Shown here: positions 8,360-16,856 of the stretch, in pieces
Numbering within the stretch: the stretch's first letter is position 1
Layout of the letters: every line of letters starts with the position of its first letter
The notes under the pieces: generated by a model
What the model saw: the letters and a program-made list of their open reading frames with translations, nothing else
Told to the model about the DNA's origin: nothing
The model's database searches: none
Virus record (IMG/VR): IMGVR_UViG_3300044825_001015
Location: 1 to 64,000 of that record
Strand: one strand, 5' to 3'
DNA: 64,000 nt
Source of the DNA: a virus
Position numbers and translations under genes: made by a program

Positions 8360-9412
8360 ATGGCTAAGAGATTCTTAGTTAGTTTAGACCTCGGCACCAA
8401 TGAATTGCAGAATGCCGTAATTCAGAATTTGCCTGCGGCTTCAGAGCCATCTGGCGTAAAGGGTCGGGTCTACTTTGATTCAACTAATAATAAGTTGAAA
8501 GTTTACGATGGTACAACATGGCAACCATTGGCATTCGGTGCTAATGCAGCATCAACAGTTACATTGCAAGGAGATGTTGCTGGTACTGCAAATGTAAGTA
8601 ATGGTGTTATCACAATTGATACTACCATTCAGGCAAATTCAGTTGCATTGGGTACAGATACAACAGGAAACTACCTTATAGATCTTTCTGCTGGAACTGG
8701 TGTTACTGTAACACATACACAAGGAGAAGGCTCTACAGCAACAGTTGCAATTGGTCAAGCAGTAGCGACCACAGATTCACCAACATTTGCTGGTCTTACT
8801 TCTAGCGGTGATGTAGCAGTTAATGGTGGGGATCTTACAACAACATCTACCACCGCTTCACTATTTAATGCAAATGCAACTACATTAAATATTGGTGGAG
8901 CAGCAACAACACTATCAATAGGAGCAGCAACTGGTACAACTACGGTAAATAACAATCTTGTTGTTACTGGAAACCTTACTGTTGATGGAACTACCACAGT
9001 ATTGAATACCGCGACACTTGAGGTAGAAGACAATGTTGTTCTTCTGAACAAGGGTGTTACTGGAGTACCTTCATTAAATGCTGGTCTAGAAGTTGAAAGA
9101 GGAGACTCTGCTAACGTATCCATACTTTGGAACGAAACTCTAGATTCATGGTCATTTACTAATGATGGAACAACATACTACAACATGGTTCGCAAGTTTG
9201 CTTCTGATCTTACTGGTGACGGAGCAACAAGTGCATTTACTGTAACTCACGGACTAGGAACTAGAGATGTGCAAGTTGAAGTTTACGATGCTGCATCTCC
9301 ATACGACTGTATAGTAGTTGATGTTGAAAGAACATCTACTTCTGCAGTAACTGTGAGATTCGCAACTGCTCCAGTTATTGGAGTAAATTATAGGGTAGTA
9401 GTAGTAGGATAG
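8360..9412 (+). CDS. Fibre/virion structural protein
   Basis: Thr/Gly-rich beta repeats, GNLTVDGTTT, AGLEVERG, C-terminal THGLGT domain. Confidence 0.7.
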   Translation: MAKRFLVSLDLGTNELQNAVIQNLPAASEPSGVKGRVYFDSTNNKLKVYDGTTWQPLAFGANAASTVTLQGDVAGTANVSNGVITIDTTIQANSVALGTDTTGNYLIDLSAGTGVTVTHTQGEGSTATVAIGQAVATTDSPTFAGLTSSGDVAVNGGDLTTTSTTASLFNANATTLNIGGAATTLSIGAATGTTTVNNNLVVTGNLTVDGTTTVLNTATLEVEDNVVLLNKGVTGVPSLNAGLEVERGDSANVSILWNETLDSWSFTNDGTTYYNMVRKFASDLTGDGATSAFTVTHGLGTRDVQVEVYDAASPYDCIVVDVERTSTSAVTVRFATAPVIGVNYRVVVVG

Positions 9413-9419
9413 TTTTGGT

Positions 9420-9443
9420 GGGTGGGGGAGAAATCCCCCACCC
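9420..9443 (+). promoter_or_regulatory. GC-rich hairpin with GAAA tetraloop directly upstream of an RBS
   Basis: GGGTGGGGGA-GAAA-TCCCCCACCC; no U-tract; AAGGAG and a GTG start follow. Confidence 0.6.
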
Positions 9444-9459
9444 AAACTAAGGAGATAAA

Positions 9460-11124
9460 GTGTCTAAAAGATTTTTTACGCCGATAGACCTTACGGGTAC
9501 AATTAGTGATTCTCCTGCTTCAGAAAGATCAATGAAGTGGTCAGATGGAGAAGGTACCTTAGAATTAGGACTAAAGGGTGGAAATGTAAAATTAGAAGTA
9601 GGTCAACAAGAGGTTGCATTATGCTATAACGGTACTGGCTCTACCATACCAAAAGGTAGTGTCGTCTATATCTCTGGCGCACAAGGTCAACGACCAAGGA
9701 TATCCCTTGCCTCAGCGTCATCTGAAATATCTTCATCTAAAACTTTTGGAATTACCTCAGAGCAAATATTAAATGGCGCAGAGGGATTTGTAACTACATT
9801 TGGAATTATTAGAAATGTAAATACTTCTGGATATACGCCAGGGCAGGCACTTTGGCTATCTACTACTGCAGGAGCATATACAAATACTGCTCCTGTAGTA
9901 CCAAACCACTCAGTATTTGTAGGCTATTGTATTAAGGCTAATGCAAGTTCTGGTCAAATTTTTGTCAATATTCAAAATGGATATGAACTTCAAGAACTTC
10001 ACAATGTTTTCATAGAAAATCCATTAAATGGACAAGCACTAAGATATAATTCTACTACTGGTCTATGGGAAAACGAATCTATTGACGGAGGAGTTTTTGA
10101 GGTATTTTATCAACCCTCCGCACCATCATCACCACTACTAGGTGATATCTGGGTAGATTCTGATGAATCTATTCCTACATATAATGCTTTAACAATTAAT
10201 GATCTTCTTCCTAATCAATCTAGCAACTCTGGTAAGTTTTTAACAACAAATGGTTCCTCCCCTTCTTGGGCCACAATAGATTTATCTACATATGCAACTT
10301 TAAACTCACCATCACTTACTGGTACGCCGATTGCCCCAACTGCTTCAGCGGGGACTAATACAACTCAAATTGCAACCACCGCTTTCGTTAGAACAGAAGT
10401 TACAAATTTAGTTGCCTCCGCCCCAAGCGCCCTAGATACTCTAGATGAACTTGCCGCAGCACTAGGTGATGATGCCAATTTTGCTACAACAGTAACTAAT
10501 TCACTTGCTGGGAAAGAGCCAACTATTACTTCTGGAACAACATCTCAGTACTGGCGCGGAGACAAAACATGGCAAACACTTAATAAATCATCTGTCGGAC
10601 TTTCTAATGTAGAAAATACTGCCTTATCAACATGGGCTGGAAGTTCAAATATAACTACTCTAGGCACAATTTCTTCTGGCACATGGCAAGGGTCTTCTAT
10701 TTCATCAACGTATATTGACCCAGCAATAGCAAGATTATCAAGTCCTACGTTTACTGGAACAGCAAATGCAGAAAGACTCTCTGTTGATTCAACAGCGTAT
10801 ATTGATACTATAACAACAACCGTATCATCTACAAGCGCTACAGAGATAGACTCATTCGTTCAATCATTATTCTCTTCCTGTGAATATTTAATTCAAATTA
10901 AACAAGGCTCTAAGGTTACAATACTCAAAGCATTGATGACTTCGGTGGACCTTGATATAGTTCAGTATGGAATAGTAGAATCTGGAGGAACTATCCCTTA
11001 TACAATAACTACAGACAGTTTTATCCCAGGTGGTGGATCAGTCACTAACAAATTATTAATTACAATAACTGATGCCAATTCTACCTCTGCGACAGTTAAG
11101 GTTGTAAGAACATCCGTGGTATAA
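9460..11124 (+). CDS. Tail-fibre-like protein with a P2 gpH-type repeat block
   Basis: SPSLTGTPIAPT...IATTAFV...LDTLDELAAALGDDANFATT. Confidence 0.78.
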   Translation: MSKRFFTPIDLTGTISDSPASERSMKWSDGEGTLELGLKGGNVKLEVGQQEVALCYNGTGSTIPKGSVVYISGAQGQRPRISLASASSEISSSKTFGITSEQILNGAEGFVTTFGIIRNVNTSGYTPGQALWLSTTAGAYTNTAPVVPNHSVFVGYCIKANASSGQIFVNIQNGYELQELHNVFIENPLNGQALRYNSTTGLWENESIDGGVFEVFYQPSAPSSPLLGDIWVDSDESIPTYNALTINDLLPNQSSNSGKFLTTNGSSPSWATIDLSTYATLNSPSLTGTPIAPTASAGTNTTQIATTAFVRTEVTNLVASAPSALDTLDELAAALGDDANFATTVTNSLAGKEPTITSGTTSQYWRGDKTWQTLNKSSVGLSNVENTALSTWAGSSNITTLGTISSGTWQGSSISSTYIDPAIARLSSPTFTGTANAERLSVDSTAYIDTITTTVSSTSATEIDSFVQSLFSSCEYLIQIKQGSKVTILKALMTSVDLDIVQYGIVESGGTIPYTITTDSFIPGGGSVTNKLLITITDANSTSATVKVVRTSVV

Positions 11125-11157
11125 TAAAACTATCAAATCCTGGGGAGAGTGAACTGG

Positions 11158-11694
11158 GTGCCCGACAAGAATTTTAAAGTCAAGAATGCCCTTGAATTAG
11201 GAACCGCGTCGATTGTGACGCCTGGTGGGACTCTATCATTACCAAGTTCAACAGATACTGTTGTGGGCAGGGCGACAAGTGATATTTTAAGCAATAAGAC
11301 TTTACAAAGCGTAGAAGAAATAACTACTATATCAGCCATCGCAGCAACGGGAACTATAAACTTTGATGCAGTTACTTCATCGATGTTATATTACACATCT
11401 AATTCAACTGCTAACTGGACATTAAATGTTAGAGGAAATTCTGGCACTACACTTAATTCTATCCTTCCAGTAGGAAGTTCATTAACAATAGTTTTTATGG
11501 CTACTAATGGTACTACCGCATACTATCAAACTGGGTTTCAAATAGATGGAGCATCTCAAACTTTGAGATGGCAAGGAGGATCTGCTCCAACTGAAGGAAC
11601 TGCTTCTGCTATAGATGTATATTCATTCTCTATAACAAAAACTGCAGCAACTCCAACATATGTAGTATTGGCAAGTGTGGCAGGTTTTGCGTAA
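11158..11694 (+). CDS. Fibre adaptor protein, cassette A (paralog of 19932-20564)
   Basis: DKNFKVKN N-terminus; C-terminal YYTSNSTANWTLN...IDVYSFSITKT...FA domain shared with 19932; GTG start 11158 (or 11149). Confidence 0.65.
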   Translation: MPDKNFKVKNALELGTASIVTPGGTLSLPSSTDTVVGRATSDILSNKTLQSVEEITTISAIAATGTINFDAVTSSMLYYTSNSTANWTLNVRGNSGTTLNSILPVGSSLTIVFMATNGTTAYYQTGFQIDGASQTLRWQGGSAPTEGTASAIDVYSFSITKTAATPTYVVLASVAGFA

Positions 11695-12809
11695 TGCCAT
11701 TAATGTCATCCCGTGCGGGAGGCTCTGCAAGAGCATTTGGATTGACAATCCTATCAGCGCTTACCCTTGTCCTTGAAACATTTAATAGGTCTGACCAGTC
11801 TGGTCTTGGTTCGGTTCGCGGTCAAAGATGGAGAGTCTTACGAGGAGTATGGTCAATTGTTGGGAATAAAGCCCTATCTTCAACTGCTGCTGGAGACAAT
11901 GCTTTAGCAACATTAAGATTTACTAAAACAGACGTTACAATTAGTGTATCTGGTGCAGATCCAGGAGTAGGAGCAGCATTCTGGGTTACAGATGCAAATA
12001 ATTGGTATGCTTCTGTTTATACTCAAACAGAAACATGTCAAACATGTTCAAATTGTAATTCTTTTAGTGGTGGTAATTGTGCTGCTGCCACCCCAGGAAA
12101 TTGTAATGCATTTACTCCAGGAACTTGTAATCAAAATGCTACAGGAAATTGTGCGAATGGAACATTCTGCTGTGCAGCGCCGACGCCAGGAACGTGTATT
12201 TCTTTTACATGCCTAGGTGGATTTACCCCAGGAAACTGTAAAGTATTTAATAGTGCTAATACAGGAAATAGAAATCCACCCTTCGGATTTTGCCACGCAC
12301 CATTAGGATTCAACCCTCCAACATGTAATACTTCTATAGTTTGTGCAAATAGCAACCCTCCAACATGTAATGCTGGTCAATGTTGTAACGGAAATTTCCC
12401 TACATGGTCGCCATATTGTGCTGGATTTTTTAATTCTCCTACTTGCCCACCAATAAACTTTAACGCACCAGTTTGTAATTCATTTAATCCAGTAGTTTGT
12501 AATGCATTTTTTACATTTTCCTGCAACTGTACTACTGAACATAGAATTTCAATACTCAGGTCTTTAGCGGGTACAGTTTCTAATATAAGCAATAATTTAT
12601 TTAGTGCAGCAATACAATCATTTAGAGTAATACTTTCTGGAAACCAGGCTACAATACAATCATTTTCAACTGCTTCTTATACATCTCAAATAGGAAATTC
12701 AGTTGTGCAATCTATAACTAGTCCACAAAAAACAACTCAGCATGGTATAATTAAGTCTACTTCAAGTTTTCAGCAAGGAACATCAATAAACGAATTCGGA
12801 GTAAATTGA
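11694..12809 (+). CDS. Putative virion appendage protein: beta-rich domain with a 165-aa, 24-Cys insert
   Basis: Coupled (TAATG) to the adaptor; Cys115-Cys279 with ~8-residue periodic CxxxTPGN/NPPTC units. Confidence 0.65.
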   Translation: MPLMSSRAGGSARAFGLTILSALTLVLETFNRSDQSGLGSVRGQRWRVLRGVWSIVGNKALSSTAAGDNALATLRFTKTDVTISVSGADPGVGAAFWVTDANNWYASVYTQTETCQTCSNCNSFSGGNCAAATPGNCNAFTPGTCNQNATGNCANGTFCCAAPTPGTCISFTCLGGFTPGNCKVFNSANTGNRNPPFGFCHAPLGFNPPTCNTSIVCANSNPPTCNAGQCCNGNFPTWSPYCAGFFNSPTCPPINFNAPVCNSFNPVVCNAFFTFSCNCTTEHRISILRSLAGTVSNISNNLFSAAIQSFRVILSGNQATIQSFSTASYTSQIGNSVVQSITSPQKTTQHGIIKSTSSFQQGTSINEFGVN

Positions 12810-13102
12810 TGAAAAAAAGAGATACTTATAAATCATATTTAATTAAAAAAATATTAGGCGTAGACACTACATACTACAAGCCTAACCCAAAATTTACTAG
12901 ATCAGATCAAGTTCCTATGCATCTTGCACTAGTAATTGATGGGGTAGTTGAAGATATAATTCATTGTGACGAAAGACTTGGCTATATATTATTAAGCAAT
13001 CCAGATATTATTGATATAAAAGATAAATTTAGAAAAGTTAATATATCTGATATATATGATGAAGAATCGAACACTTTTTCTAAGGAAGTAAAAAATGTCT
13101 GA
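12809..13102 (+). CDS. Hypothetical protein (paralog of 13327-13530)
   Basis: LALVIDGVVE...ILLSNPDIIDI. Confidence 0.65.
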   Translation: MKKRDTYKSYLIKKILGVDTTYYKPNPKFTRSDQVPMHLALVIDGVVEDIIHCDERLGYILLSNPDIIDIKDKFRKVNISDIYDEESNTFSKEVKNV

Positions 13103-13334
13103 AAGGCAAGTAAGACCATGGGATCTTTTTAATAAAAAAATGGGTAGAGTAGACAATGAAACCTATAAAAAAAGATTAGAAATTTGTCAAACATGCCCTG
13201 AATTAATAAAAACTACATTTCAATGTAAAAAGTGTGGATGCTTTATGAAACAAAAAAATAAATTAGCAGATGCAAGTTGCCCGCTAAAAAAGTGGGGAGT
13301 TCATAAGATAGAGGAGGTGTCAACAAATGAATGA
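13095..13334 (+). CDS. Small Cys-rich protein (DUF6171-like)
   Basis: RLEICQTC...QCKKCGCFMKQK...SCPLKKW; family name recalled, not searched. Confidence 0.65.
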   Translation: MSERQVRPWDLFNKKMGRVDNETYKKRLEICQTCPELIKTTFQCKKCGCFMKQKNKLADASCPLKKWGVHKIEEVSTNE

Positions 13335-13530
13335 AAGAGTTTTAGCATTTGTCATTGATGGTAAGGTAGAAAGAGTCATGAGATTTGATGAAGCCAATGC
13401 TGCTATTTTCTTATCAAATCCTAATGTCATTGATATAACAGATGTTCAAGTGACTGAATCATGGAATTACGATCCATCAAAGGGATTTTATGCAGATATA
13501 GACGGAACAGAACTGGTTATTCCTAAATGA
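13327..13530 (+). CDS. Hypothetical protein (paralog of 12809-13102)
   Basis: LAFVIDGKVE...IFLSNPNVIDI; SD GAGGAGGTG. Confidence 0.65.
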   Translation: MNERVLAFVIDGKVERVMRFDEANAAIFLSNPNVIDITDVQVTESWNYDPSKGFYADIDGTELVIPK

Positions 13531-14279
13531 TAAAAAGAATTAGATTTGTTCCAAATGATCTATATGCATATGAAAATATAGATCCACCCGTACCATCTAA
13601 AGCACTTGTACCAGATTGGTATAGGTCTGGAGAAATTGCTGTACATGCAGATACGGGTAAAATAGCAAAGACAAGCGATAATCATATAATTGGTGGCATG
13701 AAATCATGCATCCCATTTTTAGACGCAATTATTTCAGGGTACTCAATATGTCTATGGGAAGATTTATATGTAGCAACTACTGATAAGGTAGAAAAATTTT
13801 ATTCAGTTGAAAAAAACCCATATACCGATAATTATGAAGAAAAGCAACAACCATATCTTCCAATGGTAGAAGAAAGAACTGGAGATAGTGGCTATACGAT
13901 TCCTAGACCAAATGGATATTGCCATAACCATATGATTTTTAAGGGTCAATGGGGAGTAAGACTTCCAAAAGGCTGGAGCCTTGAAGTTACACATCCATTA
14001 AATAGGTTTGATCTTCCATTTATTACTACATCTGGTATCATTGATTCAGATGAATGGTGGACTGGAGGAAACATTCCATTTTTCTTCCAGAAGGATTTTG
14101 AAGGAGTTATTCCTAAAGGAACGCCAATAGCACAGTTAATTCCAATAAAAAGAAGTTCATGGATTTCTTATGTTAGTGAATTAAGTGCTTCAAGAAGTAG
14201 ATATATTTCTAATAAAGTTAGATCTGTACCTATGGGATGGTATAAAAATAATATTTGGGTTAAGAAAGAGTACAACTAG
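13527..14279 (+). CDS. dUTPase-fold/DUF6065-related protein
   Basis: KSCIPFLDAIISGY; THPLNRFDLPF..SGIIDSD; IPKGTPIAQLIP. Confidence 0.6.
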   Translation: MIKRIRFVPNDLYAYENIDPPVPSKALVPDWYRSGEIAVHADTGKIAKTSDNHIIGGMKSCIPFLDAIISGYSICLWEDLYVATTDKVEKFYSVEKNPYTDNYEEKQQPYLPMVEERTGDSGYTIPRPNGYCHNHMIFKGQWGVRLPKGWSLEVTHPLNRFDLPFITTSGIIDSDEWWTGGNIPFFFQKDFEGVIPKGTPIAQLIPIKRSSWISYVSELSASRSRYISNKVRSVPMGWYKNNIWVKKEYN

Positions 14280-14280
14280 A

Positions 14281-15036
14281 ATGTCTAAAGAATCATTAAA
14301 TATAGAGTTTCTTCCAGTTGAGAATTTTGGTGTCGGATGTATTGAACCTGTCCCAGCATCTAGAGAAATACCTAAATGGTATAAAAAAATGCCTTCACTA
14401 AGGAAATTTTGGAATCAGGAGGACCCAGATGAAAAAGCAGACTATACAGCAAAAAAATGTATACCAATATTAGATGCATTTACAACTGGATATTATTTAG
14501 TGACTAAATATGATTCATATTGGAGTGTAGATGAAGATGGCACACATGAATGTAAATGCGATGCTAAATTAGTAGAAGGCGGGTCCAAGCCTATCACTAT
14601 GCATCCATATGAGCAGATTAGGGGAATAGAACTCGGAGGCATCTATAACGAATATGCCTATAAGTTTACAAACCCTTTTGTCATTAAAACACCTCCTGGA
14701 TATAGTTGTATGTTTACACATCCATTTAATCAAGTATCTCCATTTCTAACCCTTACTGGAGTGGTAGATACAGATATGCATCCATTGGCAGTACAATTTC
14801 CATTTCTTATGTTAAAGAATTATGAAGGAGTAATCAAATCAGGAACTCCTATTGTTCAAATAATTCCATTTAAGAGAGATGATTGGACGTACTCAGTAAG
14901 AAAGCCAAATAACTTAGATGTTCAGGAAAGTTCTTTAAGGCACAGCCAGTTTGGTTCTACTAGATATGATAAGGACGGAAACCCAACTGGTGGAGAATAC
15001 AAAAAGAAATATCGCGTTAAAAAGAAATATTTGTAG
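14281..15036 (+). CDS. dUTPase-fold/DUF6065-related protein
   Basis: KKCIPILDAFTTGY; TGVVDTD; IKSGTPIVQIIPFKR; start 14281 by alignment with paralogs. Confidence 0.6.
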   Translation: MSKESLNIEFLPVENFGVGCIEPVPASREIPKWYKKMPSLRKFWNQEDPDEKADYTAKKCIPILDAFTTGYYLVTKYDSYWSVDEDGTHECKCDAKLVEGGSKPITMHPYEQIRGIELGGIYNEYAYKFTNPFVIKTPPGYSCMFTHPFNQVSPFLTLTGVVDTDMHPLAVQFPFLMLKNYEGVIKSGTPIVQIIPFKRDDWTYSVRKPNNLDVQESSLRHSQFGSTRYDKDGNPTGGEYKKKYRVKKKYL

Positions 15037-15044
15037 GAGATATT

Positions 15045-15641
15045 GTGGCTATTGAAATATTCCCAGGAGCAGTACAATTCGATTTTTCTAAATCTTTAGC
15101 AAAAGAAATAATTAAGCAAGCAGAAAAATCTAAGTATCCATGGATGGACTCAGCAGTAGGAACGGGGTCTGGTTCTATTGCTAAACATGTTCGATCCAGC
15201 CTATCCCTTGGACTAGATGCCCTAGAAATATCACAAAAAGAAGTAAGACCATACATTTATGAATGTGTAAAACAATATACATCATATTATGATGTAGAGG
15301 TTACAAAAGATGACGGACTTACTCTGCTAAAGTATGAATCTTATGATAAATATCAATTTCATATTGATTATGGTCCAGGTAATTATAGAGAAGTATCATG
15401 TTTAATTTATCTTAATCCAGGTGAATATGAAGGTGGAGGAACAACATTTAAGCATTTTAATTACACTATACAGCCAGAAGAACCTACACTAGTTCTTTTC
15501 CCTTCAAACTACCCATATTTGCACGCAGCAGAACCAGTATCTAAAGGGAGAAAGTATATAATAGTAACATGGATGACAAATCAAATAGATAATATGATGA
15601 CGCATGGATCTGCATGTTCATGTGGGCTTAATCATTTATAA
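15045..15641 (+). CDS. Prolyl-4-hydroxylase-type 2OG-Fe(II) oxygenase
   Basis: FHID...SCLIYLN...YEGGGTTF...HAAEPVSKGRKY (His...Lys+10). Confidence 0.87.
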   Translation: MAIEIFPGAVQFDFSKSLAKEIIKQAEKSKYPWMDSAVGTGSGSIAKHVRSSLSLGLDALEISQKEVRPYIYECVKQYTSYYDVEVTKDDGLTLLKYESYDKYQFHIDYGPGNYREVSCLIYLNPGEYEGGGTTFKHFNYTIQPEEPTLVLFPSNYPYLHAAEPVSKGRKYIIVTWMTNQIDNMMTHGSACSCGLNHL

Positions 15642-15670
15642 AAAAGTAATTTTTGAGTTATAATAATAAT

Positions 15671-16852
15671 ATGGCAAAAGTAGCAAGAGTATGGGATGGT
15701 TCTGAATGGGTTGTACTCTCTCCTGCGACTATAAATCCATACCCATCCCAAACAGGAAATTCTGGTAAATTTTTAAGCACAGATGGGTCTGCAGTATCAT
15801 GGCAAACAGTAGATTTATCTAGTAAGGCTAATATAAATTCTCCAGAATTTACTGGAATTCCAACTGCTCCAACTGCTGCACCAGGAACAAATAGCACCCA
15901 GATTGCTACTACAGGATTTGTTTATAATGAAATATCGCTATTGATAGATGCCGCCCCAGCAGCATTAAATACTTTAAATGAATTAGCAGCAGCACTAGGT
16001 GACGATGCAAATTTTGCCACCACAATAACAAATGCCGTATCAGGCAAAGAGCCTAGTATTCCAACAGGAACTACCCAACAATATTGGAGGGGAGATAAAA
16101 GTTGGCAAACATTAGATAAAAATGCGGTAGGATTAAGCAACGTAGAAAATACTGCTTTAAGTACATGGGCAGGATCAACAAATATAACTACTGTAGGAAC
16201 ATTAACAAATCTAACCGTAACAAATACTATTACAGGAAGTATTACTGGTAATGCTGGAACAGTAACAAATGGGGTATACACTACAGGATCATACTCTAAT
16301 CCATCCTGGATCACATCTCTTTCTGAAACAAAAGTTCTTCCAAGTCAGACAGGAAATTCTGGAAAGTATTTAACTACCAACGGAACGTCCACTTCTTGGA
16401 CAGAACTTAATGTATCTTTTAACTCACCATCTTTTACTGGGACACCTACTGCACCAACTCCTCCAACTGGAAATAATTCCACAAGAATAGCAACCACAGA
16501 ATTTGTTCAAAAGACTCTAGAAATAACACAACTAGATACATTTACGTTCGACGGGAAGACTTTAAGATTTCTTCCAACCTATCTGGGTCAGGTAGTGGAA
16601 ATAGACCACCCACTTAGGCTTTTACTAAACATTAATGGTATAATTCAGATAGTAGCCGAAAAACCAAGCACAGTCTGGCTATCTGGAATGGCAAGTTATG
16701 GTTATTACATAGATGATGAAGGATATGTAGTACTTCCAGAGCCACCAGAACCAGGATCGTACTTTGAGGCTAGGCTATTTCCAGGAGTGGATTTGCAAAA
16801 AAGACCAGAAACTTATCCATTCAGGGCAATTGATATATACTTAGGAGATTAA
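15671..16852 (+). CDS. Tail-fibre-like protein with P2 gpH-type repeat blocks
   Basis: ~150-aa block paralogous to the 9460 protein plus a partial internal copy; start MAKVARVWDG. Confidence 0.78.
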   Translation: MAKVARVWDGSEWVVLSPATINPYPSQTGNSGKFLSTDGSAVSWQTVDLSSKANINSPEFTGIPTAPTAAPGTNSTQIATTGFVYNEISLLIDAAPAALNTLNELAAALGDDANFATTITNAVSGKEPSIPTGTTQQYWRGDKSWQTLDKNAVGLSNVENTALSTWAGSTNITTVGTLTNLTVTNTITGSITGNAGTVTNGVYTTGSYSNPSWITSLSETKVLPSQTGNSGKYLTTNGTSTSWTELNVSFNSPSFTGTPTAPTPPTGNNSTRIATTEFVQKTLEITQLDTFTFDGKTLRFLPTYLGQVVEIDHPLRLLLNINGIIQIVAEKPSTVWLSGMASYGYYIDDEGYVVLPEPPEPGSYFEARLFPGVDLQKRPETYPFRAIDIYLGD

Positions 16853-16856
16853 TTTA

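Noticed and set aside
12036-12530. Classical RiPP (ranthipeptide/lanthipeptide) precursor
   Set aside because: No radical SAM, LanB/C/M, YcaO, transporter or leader peptidase in the window, and the Cys tract is embedded in a larger protein
14185-14280. N-terminal extension of the 14185 ORF
   Set aside because: Overlaps the previous gene; paralog alignment places the start at 14281
10207-16201. Possible DGR template/variable repeat pair
   Set aside because: Differences are not confined to adenines, both copies are coding, and no reverse transcriptase is present in the window
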